NCBI GenBank assembly: GCA_015494795.1
Contig: WGAM01000134.1
Location: 3,069 to 67,068, forward strand
DNA length: 64,000 nucleotides
Reading direction: 5' to 3'
Origin: Campylobacterota bacterium
GTDB lineage: Bacteria; Campylobacterota; Campylobacteria; Campylobacterales; Sulfurovaceae
This document shows positions 18,929-28,109 of the stretch, in pieces (positions within the stretch are counted from its first letter, which is position 1; each line of letters opens with the position of its first letter). Made by a program: the position numbers and the translations under genes. The notes below the pieces were generated by a model. That model worked only from the letters and a program-made list of their open reading frames with translations. It searched no databases and was not told the DNA's origin.

Positions 18929-19848
18929 AAAGACCTCTCTACTCTAATCTCTTTTGCATTTAATTTTCTAGTCTTTAATTTTCTTTCTAAAGCTTTTTTT
19001 AATATATAATTAATATTATCTGTTTTAATAGTAGCTGATATTTTTTTATCATCAAGCTTAAGCTCTTTTAGTCTATTGTGAGTAGAGAGTAGTTTAGATA
19101 TATCTACTAAAGTATCTCTTTTTAATCTCTCTATCTTATCTATCGGCTCATATTGAGCTAAAATACTCTCTCTAATTCTTCTTGAACTTAGTTTTGTATC
19201 TCTTTGGAGTAGTAAATCCAATTTATCCTCACTATCTCTAATAGATTTTTTAGCTCTATCTCCTTCTGCTACAAATACTCCACCCAATATAAATAGAAGA
19301 GTTGTTAATATAAGAGCATATTTAAATGGTACTATAGAGCCAAAAGAGCTACTAATAGAGGCTCCATGTTTTAATGATATTTTCTTTAAGTTTAAATTTT
19401 TATACTCATACTCATCTCCCATTAATTTTTTAGGAACAACTGTAACTATATTATCAATACTATTTAAACAGATATTATCATCTAAATCTAATGCACTATC
19501 TAAATATCTATCTAGCTCTTGAGCAAAAAATATCTTATTAATCTGATATTTTTTAACCCCTCTCTCTGCTAAAAATGAAGTAATCTCATCTATATTATAT
19601 GCAAAAAAATACCAATAGTTATCACTCTTATATACAAAAAATTGATAATTCTCAATATCTTCTAAATAGTCATCAAAAATAGAGGTGGCTATCTGTTTAG
19701 CTTGATAGGCAAATTTTATACCTAACTCCTCTCTTAAAAAAGTATAAAATTGTGGTGAGAGTATTATATCAATATGCCTTTTAATTTTTATATTAGGCAT
19801 ATCTTTATAAACTAATAATATCTTATTAGATTTCCCCATTAAACTCAA
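18925..19848 (-). CDS. GspL-like assembly-platform protein (by topology and position)
   Basis: 307 aa. It has a cytoplasmic domain of about 165 aa, one TM helix (ALILTTLLFILGGVFVA) and a periplasmic domain of about 115 aa. Confidence 0.4.
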   Translation of the reverse strand: MSLMGKSNKILLVYKDMPNIKIKRHIDIILSPQFYTFLREELGIKFAYQAKQIATSIFDDYLEDIENYQFFVYKSDNYWYFFAYNIDEITSFLAERGVKKYQINKIFFAQELDRYLDSALDLDDNICLNSIDNIVTVVPKKLMGDEYEYKNLNLKKISLKHGASISSSFGSIVPFKYALILTTLLFILGGVFVAEGDRAKKSIRDSEDKLDLLLQRDTKLSSRRIRESILAQYEPIDKIERLKRDTLVDISKLLSTHNRLKELKLDDKKISATIKTDNINYILKKALERKLKTRKLNAKEIRVERSL

Positions 19849-20752
19849 AATTTAGACTCCTCTCATTTGAATAATCAAAACTAAAACTATAAAAATTTTC
19901 TCTATATGCAAATCTCTCTTCACAATGCATAGCATTTAATCCTCTCTCTGAAAATAGCTTTGTATCAAAACCCTCTATATCATTTTCTACTAAAAATTTC
20001 TTCAATGTTATTTTATCCTCATCAATACTACTACTTCTCTCTTGCCAATCATCTTTAACACTCTCTAATGGAATATCAAATACGATAGATATAAGCTCAG
20101 GAGTAATATAGGCACCATCTATAATAGCTTTTTTTGTTACATCTACAAATAGAAAATATCTATCCCAAGGTACTTTAAATACATTCTCATCATCATATTT
20201 CAATCTATAATCTAATAAAATTTTATAAAACTGCTCTTTAGATACAATATTTTTAGCCATATCTAATCTAGGAGTATATTCACTATCCTCTATATATTTA
20301 CCTGTTATATTAGATAATATAAGCTCTTCTAATCTATTTGGCTCTTTTATATCAAATTTCTCTATAATAGATGAGAGTACTTTTTTTGCTAACTCAAATC
20401 TTTGTGGTATCTTCTCTGTAAATTTCTCATCTAACCATTTTATAGGAATTCCCTTTAAGAGAGGCTCACATCTTAGGTTTATATTAAGACCACTATCTGG
20501 CTCACTAATCATAAGTGGTAGAGTATATATCATATTCAATTTTTTTCCATCTGCTTTTCCTTTTGGGAAAATTCTTTTTAAAATCTCTGTTGTATCTTTA
20601 TATAAAATATCTCCTTGTATAATTGCAGATACTCTAAAAGCATCTTTTTGTACCTTCTCAAGATATGAAAATGATACAGCAACTATGGACAAAATAGATG
20701 CTATTATTAAAAGTGTGATAAAAAGGGCAATACCTCTTTTTCTTTTATCCAT
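19826..20752 (-). CDS. GspK-like minor pseudopilin
   Basis: The start was taken at the internal MDKRKRGIALFITLLIIASILSIVAV, a GspK-type non-cleaved hydrophobic N-terminus. About 308 aa. It is the first gene of the divergent gsp strand. Confidence 0.5.
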   Translation of the reverse strand: MDKRKRGIALFITLLIIASILSIVAVSFSYLEKVQKDAFRVSAIIQGDILYKDTTEILKRIFPKGKADGKKLNMIYTLPLMISEPDSGLNINLRCEPLLKGIPIKWLDEKFTEKIPQRFELAKKVLSSIIEKFDIKEPNRLEELILSNITGKYIEDSEYTPRLDMAKNIVSKEQFYKILLDYRLKYDDENVFKVPWDRYFLFVDVTKKAIIDGAYITPELISIVFDIPLESVKDDWQERSSSIDEDKITLKKFLVENDIEGFDTKLFSERGLNAMHCEERFAYRENFYSFSFDYSNERSLNFEFNGEI

Positions 20753-20816
20753 TATAAAGCTCAATTCAAGTAAAATCGCTATTATTATAACCAAAATTAA
20801 CTAAGGAATTTTAAAT

Positions 20817-21278
20817 ATGAGTAAAGTTTACCATATAAGCGTAAAAAAAGAGAGTATGAGAGGAAAAAACGCTTTCTCTCTAATTGAACTTTTAGTTGTT
20901 ATCTTAATATTGGGTCTATTAGTGGGACTTGTTGCACCAAAAGTTATTGGACAGGGTACACAAGCACAGATAAAGCTAACATGTACACAGATGGGAAGTA
21001 TTAAAGAGGCATTAAAGATGTTTAAGTTAGATAATGGGAAATATCCAGATACAGATGAGGGTATAGAGGCTCTAATAAAAAATCCTAATCCAGATAAGTA
21101 TCCAAACTATTCAGCTTCACCATATCTTGAAAAGATGCCAAAAGACCCATGGGGAAAATATTTTACATATATTAAGACAGGTAAAGATTTTAAAATTATT
21201 AGTTTAGGTCCTGATAGAGCAGAAGGTGGAAGTGGTGAAGATGCAGATATTGAGTATCCAAAATGTAGTGATAAATAG
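20817..21278 (+). CDS. gspG: major pseudopilin GspG
   Basis: Prepilin leader plus FSLIELLVVILILGLLVGLVAP, then LDNGKYPDT...DPWG..F.Y and SLGPD motifs. The real start may be the internal MRGKNA at 20856. Confidence 0.9.
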   Translation: MSKVYHISVKKESMRGKNAFSLIELLVVILILGLLVGLVAPKVIGQGTQAQIKLTCTQMGSIKEALKMFKLDNGKYPDTDEGIEALIKNPNPDKYPNYSASPYLEKMPKDPWGKYFTYIKTGKDFKIISLGPDRAEGGSGEDADIEYPKCSDK

Positions 21279-21283
21279 TTAAA

Positions 21284-21808
21284 TTGAGACAAGCTTTTAC
21301 ATTAATTGAACTTATTATTGTTGTTATGCTCATATCTCTAGTGGGCTTTTTAGTCTTTTCAGAAGCTGTTAAGCAGAATAAAAGACCCGATACCATAACT
21401 CCATTAAATCTTAAATCCACTATAAAAAGTAGTTTTCCATATAATGAAGATATGGAGTTTTTCTGTATCCAAAACTGTAGAGATTGTTACATTGCAAAAG
21501 GGAGTGATATTATGCCTTTCAAGGGAAATATCAATTTAGGTAGTAATCTTGAAGTATATAAGATAGATAGAAACAATCAATTAGTAAAAATAGAAGATTT
21601 TGGTAGAGTTAAAGATAATAAAATATGTTTAAGATATAGCATATATAAAAATGGAAGCTCTAGTGAATTAATATTGTCTAATGATAGTGGAGTCTATTAT
21701 CTACCTAGCTATTTTGGAAAACCTAAAAAGTTAGAAGATTTAGATAGTGCTAAAGAGTTATGGTTAAAAGAGGATTATAATCTAAGAGATAGTGGGAACT
21801 ACTACTAA
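21284..21808 (+). CDS. minor pseudopilin (GspH-sized)
   Basis: TTG start. Class III signal MRQA/FTLIELIIVVMLISLVG. 174 aa. Confidence 0.6.
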   Translation: MRQAFTLIELIIVVMLISLVGFLVFSEAVKQNKRPDTITPLNLKSTIKSSFPYNEDMEFFCIQNCRDCYIAKGSDIMPFKGNINLGSNLEVYKIDRNNQLVKIEDFGRVKDNKICLRYSIYKNGSSSELILSNDSGVYYLPSYFGKPKKLEDLDSAKELWLKEDYNLRDSGNYY

Positions 21809-22209
21809 TGAGAAGAGGATTTACACTTATTGAGGTTATTATGTCTGTAATTATAGTATCGATTGTTGTAATGGGTGCTATGAAACTACAAGATAGAAAT
21901 AGAGAGATGGCAATATATATACAGCAGAGAGGTAGTAGTGAGTTAGATAACTCTATATTTTTAACTGCTAAAGTTTATAGGTATGATAAGAGCGAAAAAG
22001 ATGCCTATGAGTTAGTTCGAGATGAGTTTAATATTAAAGATGATAATAGCAAAGAGACTCTAAAAAAGATAATTAAAAAGATTAATATTACTGAAGATAA
22101 AAATATTCCAATATCTATAGAAGAGGGAAGTGAACCTATATTTACATTTTATACAAATGAAGTTCTATTAAAGGGGAAATATCCTGCAAGATATTATAAT
22201 TTTAGATAA
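21808..22209 (+). CDS. minor pseudopilin (GspI-sized)
   Basis: MRRG/FTLIEVIMSVIIVSIVV prepilin N-terminus. 133 aa. Its ATG overlaps the previous stop. Confidence 0.6.
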   Translation: MRRGFTLIEVIMSVIIVSIVVMGAMKLQDRNREMAIYIQQRGSSELDNSIFLTAKVYRYDKSEKDAYELVRDEFNIKDDNSKETLKKIIKKINITEDKNIPISIEEGSEPIFTFYTNEVLLKGKYPARYYNFR

Positions 22210-22358
22210 CTAGATAGATATAAAATAAAACATAAATTTATTAAAAAAAATAAAAAATTTAATCTCAATCTCTATTAGGATATTTTGTTCAAAATTTTAC
22301 TAAAAAATTAAGATTAATTTTATACAATAAGCTTAATAATATATATGGAGCTTATTTT

Positions 22359-22874
22359 ATGATAAAATATAAAAGATTAATTTTAGTTTTTTTTATACTT
22401 CTCTTTACAAACTGTTCATCTACAATTAGTAAAAATAGTGTAATTTTACCTAAAGATAAAATATATGCAATTAGTACATTCTGGAACTATACAGAGACTC
22501 CTATGGCAGGATTTAGAGCTTCAACTATTATTGATGGAGTATTATCAAATAGAGGAGTTAGAACTATCTCTCTAATTGGTGGAGAAGATGAGATAGAGAG
22601 TGTTAAGAGCAAAGAGAGCTTTATTAAAAAGAAGATTAATAGAGCCAAAAGCCTTGGTGCTGACTATATCATATTAGGCTCTGTTCAAGAGTGGAGATAT
22701 AAAACAGGAATTGATGGAGAGCCTGTAGTTAGCTATAGTGTTAAAGTAATAGATTTAAATGATGGTAGCATAGCTTTTAGTGGAGTTGGAGCTAAAAGTG
22801 GTTGGGGACATAAATCTATAGGTGTCGTAGCTCAAGAGATAGCTAATAAACTTATACCTCAATTTATTCCATAA
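22359..22874 (+). CDS. pelC: PelC-like outer-membrane lipoprotein
   Basis: 171 aa with a lipoprotein signal ending in Cys19 (LLFTNC). The size and the position upstream of pelD-G match PelC. Confidence 0.65.
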   Translation: MIKYKRLILVFFILLFTNCSSTISKNSVILPKDKIYAISTFWNYTETPMAGFRASTIIDGVLSNRGVRTISLIGGEDEIESVKSKESFIKKKINRAKSLGADYIILGSVQEWRYKTGIDGEPVVSYSVKVIDLNDGSIAFSGVGAKSGWGHKSIGVVAQEIANKLIPQFIP

Positions 22875-22883
22875 AATAGTAAA

Positions 22884-24227
22884 ATGACACTAGAGAAAAA
22901 ATCCCCACTAATTCAAGGCTTGGAAGTAGTAGCCATTACAGCTATAATTAGTGCTATTGGCTATTTTATAGATATAAAAGACCCCCTTTTAATCCATTAT
23001 AACTTTAGTTTTTTAATCTTATGGTTAGCAATAGTAACTCTATTTTATGGATTGAGTATGGGGATAGTTATGTGGGTTGGATTTGCTATAATATCATCTA
23101 TAGTATATATAGATGACCCAATATTTATATCTACTCTTTTAGAAAATCTATTTTTTGTATTTCTATTTGGACTATTTTTTTCAAATCTTCATAATGAGCT
23201 TGATAAATATAAGATAAAAAATCAATATCTACAACTTAGATTAAAAGAGTTAACAAATGCCTTTTTTACACTAAAAATCTCACATGATAAACTAGAGTCA
23301 ATCTATATTATTCAACCAGCATCTATTAGATTTGTTATCTCTGAAATTTTAGAGAGTAATGAACACTCTATAGCAAAAGAGAGTGCAGATAATACTCTGA
23401 AGATTTTAAAAAAGTTTTTTGGAGTTCAATCTGCTATGATATATAGAGTTAAAAGAGATAGTTTAAGAGAGAAGTTTGCATCTATTGGAAATATAGATAA
23501 AAAACCAACTATGAGTGATAAACTTATATCAGAGGCAATTATACAAAAAAGAGCAATCTATTTAGATGATTTAGATGATAGAGAGCAGACAGATTATCTA
23601 TATGCTGTTCCATTTTTAGATAAGAGAGATAGGGTTGTAGCAATTTTAATTATAGAAAATCTACCATTTCTATTTTATAATAAAGATACTATATTAAAAA
23701 TTAATGTGGCATTTAACTATATATGGACTGAATATAAGAAAAGAGCATCTCTAATTAAAATTCAAAATAGAAAAAAACTCCCTTCCATTAAAAAAGATAG
23801 ACATCAAAGACAAGATATTATTAATTTTAAAATAGAGGTAGAGAGACTTACAAATATTCTAAATGGATATAATATTGATAGTAGAATATATGCAATATAT
23901 ACTAAGAATAAATATTTAGATAGAGAGATTAGAGATTTCCTATATCAAAATGAGCTATTTGAGATTTTAGACCAATATATATCTATAAAATGTAAAAATA
24001 GATATATACACTTTATTCTATTTCCATTTGTATCACTTCCAAGTCTACACTCAAAAGCCAAGAGTTTAGATGAAGAGCTTGATGAGATAGAGAGCAGACT
24101 TAGAGTAGAGATGTTAGAAGATGGATTAAAATACCACTTAAGTTCAAAAAATTTTGAGGGGTTAAGAAAAAAACATATAAGTGTAAAGCTATTTCATAAT
24201 CTACTACAGGAGTATGATTGTGTTTAG
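22884..24227 (+). CDS. pelD: PelD-like inner-membrane regulator (4 TM plus GAF-like plus degenerate GGDEF-like region)
   Basis: 447 aa with four N-terminal TM helices and a soluble C-terminal region. Assigned by size and synteny. No RxxD motif is present (see findings). Confidence 0.65.
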   Translation: MTLEKKSPLIQGLEVVAITAIISAIGYFIDIKDPLLIHYNFSFLILWLAIVTLFYGLSMGIVMWVGFAIISSIVYIDDPIFISTLLENLFFVFLFGLFFSNLHNELDKYKIKNQYLQLRLKELTNAFFTLKISHDKLESIYIIQPASIRFVISEILESNEHSIAKESADNTLKILKKFFGVQSAMIYRVKRDSLREKFASIGNIDKKPTMSDKLISEAIIQKRAIYLDDLDDREQTDYLYAVPFLDKRDRVVAILIIENLPFLFYNKDTILKINVAFNYIWTEYKKRASLIKIQNRKKLPSIKKDRHQRQDIINFKIEVERLTNILNGYNIDSRIYAIYTKNKYLDREIRDFLYQNELFEILDQYISIKCKNRYIHFILFPFVSLPSLHSKAKSLDEELDEIESRLRVEMLEDGLKYHLSSKNFEGLRKKHISVKLFHNLLQEYDCV

Positions 24228-25185
24228 TGATATTAACTATAATTTAACAGATATTATTACTCTATTAGAGCATAAAAATAGTCCTAAAGAGATAGCTATA
24301 ATTTTACTATTAGAGATAGCTATATGGACTATATTATCTTTAATATTAATTATCTTTCTACCTAAAAAGTATAAAGAGTATAGAAAAGAGATATTTATAT
24401 TCTTTTTAATTATTAATGTAGGACTACTATTTATTGGAATTCTATTAACTATTATAATGGTTGCATTTGGACTCTCTTGGGCAACAAGTAGAGTTAGTCA
24501 CCCTACCTATGAGAGTATTGACTTTGAAGATGAGGTAGCAAAATTTCCTGTTGTATATAGTAAATTTCAAGAGGGAGTTTTAACTATGGAGGGTAGAAAT
24601 AGAGAAGAGATTTCTAGTGATGATAAGATAAAATCACTTAAGATTTTATATGATAGTAATGCACAAGGAAATATTGGAAAAATAAAACATTTTCTATCTG
24701 ATAGCTCTGATGAGACAAGACTATACGCTTTTGCATTAGTATCTTCATTTGAAAAAAGATTAAATGATAGAATTACAGAACTTCACAATAAGATTAAATT
24801 TGCAGATGGTGATAGATTAGAGAGATACAATTTTGAGTTAGCAAATACATATTGGCAATTTATATTTCATGGTGTAGCAGATGAGCAGTTATCTGGGTTT
24901 TATACAACAAAGATTGAGAATATATTAAAAGAGATAAAATCAAACTCCAATGCTTTTATACTTTTAGGAAAAATTCATATATTTAATAGAGAGTATATAG
25001 AGGCAGAGAAAGCATTTTTAAAAGCAATAGAGTTAGGTGTTCCAAAAGAGGCTATGTCAACCTTTTTAGCAGAGATTAAATATGGATTAAGAAAATATAA
25101 TGAGGTATCTAACTTTATATTAGAAGAAGAATTTAATTTTAATTTAAGATTAAAACCTCTAATCTCTATGTGGAGAAGAAGATGA
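24214..25185 (+). CDS. pelE: PelE-like membrane/TPR protein
   Basis: 323 aa with two N-terminal TM helices and a helical-repeat C-terminus (for example EYIEAEKAFLKAIELG). Assigned by size and synteny. Confidence 0.6.
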   Translation: MIVFSDINYNLTDIITLLEHKNSPKEIAIILLLEIAIWTILSLILIIFLPKKYKEYRKEIFIFFLIINVGLLFIGILLTIIMVAFGLSWATSRVSHPTYESIDFEDEVAKFPVVYSKFQEGVLTMEGRNREEISSDDKIKSLKILYDSNAQGNIGKIKHFLSDSSDETRLYAFALVSSFEKRLNDRITELHNKIKFADGDRLERYNFELANTYWQFIFHGVADEQLSGFYTTKIENILKEIKSNSNAFILLGKIHIFNREYIEAEKAFLKAIELGVPKEAMSTFLAEIKYGLRKYNEVSNFILEEEFNFNLRLKPLISMWRRR

Positions 25186-26708
25186 AAGTAGTCTTTGATA
25201 GAGGTGAACCCGATATAATAATCCCTTGTGAGGGGACATTTCCTTATGTTAGAGGTGGAGTATCATCTTGGATAGCTCAAATTATTACAGGTATGCCACA
25301 ATATAAGTTTGGAATAGTATTTATTGGAAGTAAAATAGAAGAGTACTCATCTAAACCATTATATGAGTTATCTGATAATTTAGTATTTATGGTAGAAACA
25401 TTTATGTTTGAAGAGGATAATAAACCTCCAATTAAAGCTATAAATGGAGATGAAGAGAGTTTTGAAACAGTAAAAGAGCTATATTATTGGTTTAGTAGTA
25501 GAGATAACACTATTCCTTTTCCACAAGAGGCAATGAGTTTAGACTTTTACTTAAATAAAATAAGTGAAGAGATATTTCTATATAGTAGAGAGTCATGGTA
25601 TTTTACTACTACTAAAAATAGTGAGAACTGTCCAGAGATACCATTCTTAGACTACTTTTGGACTGTAAGAAGTATATTAATCCCTGTATGGAAAATGGCA
25701 AAACTTGCTAAATTCATTAAAAATAGAGGTAAAATTATCCATTCACCATCAACTGGTTATGCAGGATTTCTATCTGCATTAATATCTAATGATACTAAAA
25801 AACCTTTTATATTAACAGAACATGGAATATATACCAAAGAGAGAAAGATTGACCTCATCTCTACCTCTATGAGTCTATATAAAAAGATTGAGCTATTTAG
25901 AGAATCTGCAGAAGATAACTATATTCAAGGTATGTGGGTTAGATTTTTTGAAGGAATTGGAAAGATGAGTTATAGTAGAGCAAATCCAATTCTTTCACTA
26001 TTTGGTGTAGCAAAAGAGACACAAATTCTATATGGGGCAGACCCTAATCTATGTAGAGTAATTCCAAATGGAGTTGATATTAAAAAGCTTGGAGCAACTC
26101 TAAAAAAAAGACCTAAAGGTGTTCCAAAAGTTATTACTCTTATTGGAAGAGTTGTATCTATTAAAGATATAAAGACTTTTATTAGAGCCATTAGAGTTAC
26201 TGCTGATATTATTCCTGATGTTGAGGCGTGGATAGTTGGACCTGATGATGAAGAGAAGGAGTATGCTAGTGAGTGTAGAGATTTAATAGATATATTAGAT
26301 GTAAAAGAGAATATTAAATTTTTAGGATTTCAAAATATTGTAGATATTCTACCAAAGAGTGGAATATTAACGCTAACCTCTATTAGTGAAGGTATGCCAC
26401 TAGTTATATTAGAGGGGTTTGCTGCAGGAGTTCCATGTGTAAGTACTGATGTTGGTTCATGTAAAGAGCTTATATATGGTGGGGAAAATCCTGAAGATAT
26501 AGCATTAGGTAAGGCTGGAGTTGTATGTGAAATAGCAAATGTCAAACAGTTAGCAGATGGATATATAAAACTCTTAACTAATGAAGATGAGTGGTTAAAG
26601 GCACAAAAGAGTGCTATTGAGCGAGTAAATAGGTTTTATACTCAAGAGATATTTTTAGATAACTATAATGAAGTATATAGAGATATATTGAGTAGAGTAG
26701 GAGAGTAG
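25170..26708 (+). CDS. pelF: PelF glycosyltransferase (GT4)
   Basis: 512 aa. The N-terminal CEGTFPYVRGGVSSW block is characteristic of PelF. The GT4 E-x7-E motif is present in SEGMPLVILEGFAAG. Confidence 0.9.
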   Translation: MEKKMKVVFDRGEPDIIIPCEGTFPYVRGGVSSWIAQIITGMPQYKFGIVFIGSKIEEYSSKPLYELSDNLVFMVETFMFEEDNKPPIKAINGDEESFETVKELYYWFSSRDNTIPFPQEAMSLDFYLNKISEEIFLYSRESWYFTTTKNSENCPEIPFLDYFWTVRSILIPVWKMAKLAKFIKNRGKIIHSPSTGYAGFLSALISNDTKKPFILTEHGIYTKERKIDLISTSMSLYKKIELFRESAEDNYIQGMWVRFFEGIGKMSYSRANPILSLFGVAKETQILYGADPNLCRVIPNGVDIKKLGATLKKRPKGVPKVITLIGRVVSIKDIKTFIRAIRVTADIIPDVEAWIVGPDDEEKEYASECRDLIDILDVKENIKFLGFQNIVDILPKSGILTLTSISEGMPLVILEGFAAGVPCVSTDVGSCKELIYGGENPEDIALGKAGVVCEIANVKQLADGYIKLLTNEDEWLKAQKSAIERVNRFYTQEIFLDNYNEVYRDILSRVGE

Positions 26709-28109
26709 ATGGCAGGAATAGGATTTCAATTAAAAAAAATTCTTGAAGAGAGAACACTAACATCTGTGGCTAAAACTTTTGGATACTCTGCAATACTTAG
26801 TAGTGGCCCTTGGGTTATATCTATGATTATAATACTTGGAATTGGTCTAACTAATATATATTTTTTTCAGACAAAAGACCCAAATAGTATTATACTAAAG
26901 TCATCAGTTACCTATGTATCAGCTCTAGCTATAAGCTCTATCTTGACAGGTTTTCTACAACTTCCATTTACTAGATTTGTAGCTGATAGAATATATGAGA
27001 AGAGATATTATCTAGTTCTACCTAACTTTTTAGGAACAATAGTTGTAACTATTGGAGTTAGTGCAGTTATATCTACACTACTTGCAATATTTATATTCTA
27101 TTCTCAAAGTAATCTATTTATTATACTATATATTACTCTATTTGTAGTTTTAAGTGTTGTATGGATTGCCAATATATTAGCAGCTAGTCTAAAACTATAT
27201 AAGTTAGTTATTCTATTCTATCTATTAGGTTATATTGCTATATATATCTGTTTTATCTTTTTAAGAGAGTATCAACTAATTGGATTAATTATCTCATTTA
27301 TTATAGGTAATAGTATCCTATTTATTCTACTATTTTTAGGAATTATCTACTACTATCCATCATCAAATAGAAATAATAGAAGATTTATTAGATTTGATAT
27401 GTTTAAACAGAACTATGGAAAGTTCTACTGGAAACTTGGCTGGTCTGGTATGTTATATAATATATCTATATGGATAGATAAGGTGATATTTTGGTTTAGC
27501 CCTATAGTTGGATATGCTGTAATAGATGGGCTTCACGCCTCTATGGTATATGATTTTCCAATATTTTTAGCATATCTATCTATCATTCCTGGAATGGCAA
27601 TATTTTTCTATAGATTAGAAGCAGACTTTGCAGACTCTTATGCAAGATTTTATCATGCTATTAATAAACATGGAACACTAGAGCAGATTAGAAGATATAA
27701 ACAAAATATGATAGATGGAGTAAAGAGGAGTGTTCAAGAGGTTCTATTTGTTCAGGGAATGTTTAATATTTTACTATTTTTAAGCTCCAAAAAACTATTT
27801 GAGATATTTATGTTACCTAAACTATATCTACCACTATTTTATGTTGATGTAATTGGTGTCCAACTTCAACTTGGATTTATGTCTATTTTAGCATATCTAT
27901 ACTATTTAGATAGAGAGAAGGAGGCATTAATATATACTGCTCTATTTGTACTATTAAATGCTCTTCTTACTTGGATAAGTGTTCAGTTAGGTCCATACTT
28001 TTATGGATATGGTTTTAGTACTGCTCTACTTATACTATTTGTAGCAGGCATAAATACACTAAATAATATTTTACAGGAGTTAGATTATCAAACATTTATG
28101 TTGCAGTAG
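26709..28109 (+). CDS. pelG: PelG polysaccharide-export membrane protein (PST/MOP-like)
   Basis: 466 aa with about 12 TM helices. It begins MAGIGFQLKKIL and lies directly downstream of pelF. Confidence 0.8.
   Translation: MAGIGFQLKKILEERTLTSVAKTFGYSAILSSGPWVISMIIILGIGLTNIYFFQTKDPNSIILKSSVTYVSALAISSILTGFLQLPFTRFVADRIYEKRYYLVLPNFLGTIVVTIGVSAVISTLLAIFIFYSQSNLFIILYITLFVVLSVVWIANILAASLKLYKLVILFYLLGYIAIYICFIFLREYQLIGLIISFIIGNSILFILLFLGIIYYYPSSNRNNRRFIRFDMFKQNYGKFYWKLGWSGMLYNISIWIDKVIFWFSPIVGYAVIDGLHASMVYDFPIFLAYLSIIPGMAIFFYRLEADFADSYARFYHAINKHGTLEQIRRYKQNMIDGVKRSVQEVLFVQGMFNILLFLSSKKLFEIFMLPKLYLPLFYVDVIGVQLQLGFMSILAYLYYLDREKEALIYTALFVLLNALLTWISVQLGPYFYGYGFSTALLILFVAGINTLNNILQELDYQTFMLQ

Noticed and set aside
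21107-21420. Minus-strand ORFs (61 and 73 aa) overlapping gspG and the next pseudopilin gene.
   Set aside because: They overlap genes with unmistakable prepilin signatures and have no features of their own.
28084-28109. A possible programmed frameshift fusing PelG to PelA, since the pelA frame opens 26 nt before the pelG stop.
   Set aside because: The pelA extension begins with its own basic n-region and hydrophobic signal peptide, and an AGGAG precedes it. A fusion would bury a signal peptide after a 12-TM protein. I saw no slippery heptamer. Independent initiation at ATT/ATC is the simpler explanation.
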